DNA from: Schmidtea polychroa
Lineage: Eukaryota
Reading direction: 5' to 3'
Length of the DNA: 64,000 nucleotides
Assembly: GCA_044892525.1 (NCBI GenBank)
Contig: CM097885.1
Span: 255,874,001-255,938,000 of the forward strand
The translations under genes were made by a program, and so were the position numbers. Every line of letters starts with the position of its first letter. The first letter of the stretch is position 1. Shown one piece after another: positions 63,937 to 64,000 of the stretch. The notes beneath the pieces were generated by a model. The model did not search any database and was not told the origin of the DNA. It worked only from the letters and a program-made list of their open reading frames with translations.

Positions 63937-64000
63937 CAACTCCTCTCATATCAGCATAACCTAAAAATGGCTTCTCATTGTGATATCCAGCAACAATGTA
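63937..64000 (-). CDS. PSMB4: PSMB4 penultimate exon (partial, continues beyond the window)
   Basis: YIVAGYHNEKPFLGYADMRGV, GTAAGA donor, 61-bp intron 63876-63936; the phase-1 junction restores GVAYED. Confidence 0.92.

Overview
AT-rich, intron-rich eukaryotic DNA with ten N-runs that look like hard-masking. It is most likely from a triclad planarian (Dugesiidae, probably Girardia). This is inferred from an NK2 gene whose reconstruction matches my recollection of Girardia tigrina Dth-1 (533 aa, first intron about 8 kb); that match needs a database check. Three host genes can be rebuilt by hand from splice sites. (1) An NK2.2/Dth-1-type homeobox gene, + strand, exons 12503-12904, 20859-21264 and 26822-27615, 533 aa. 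(2) A divergent SEPT7-group septin, + strand, six exons from 37916 to 55330, 462 aa, with all introns in phase 0 and the G3 DTPG motif replaced by EVTK. (3) The last two exons of proteasome subunit PSMB4 on the - strand, running off the right edge. The rest is a dense transposon landscape. It includes a 2.3-kb Mutator-like element with a 9-bp TSD and an open ORF missing the first catalytic Asp, many hAT MITEs with 8-bp TSDs, and a three-level nested insertion. There are also pogo, PIF/Harbinger, Tc1/IS630, probable Chapaev3, Penelope and Gypsy relics, a foldback hairpin family, and two degraded 18S rRNA fragments in opposite orientation. Most short ORFs in the supplied track are spurious (N-runs, microsatellites, antisense frames). 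No CRISPR, tRNA or prokaryotic features were seen. All homology calls come from motif recognition by eye, not from searches.
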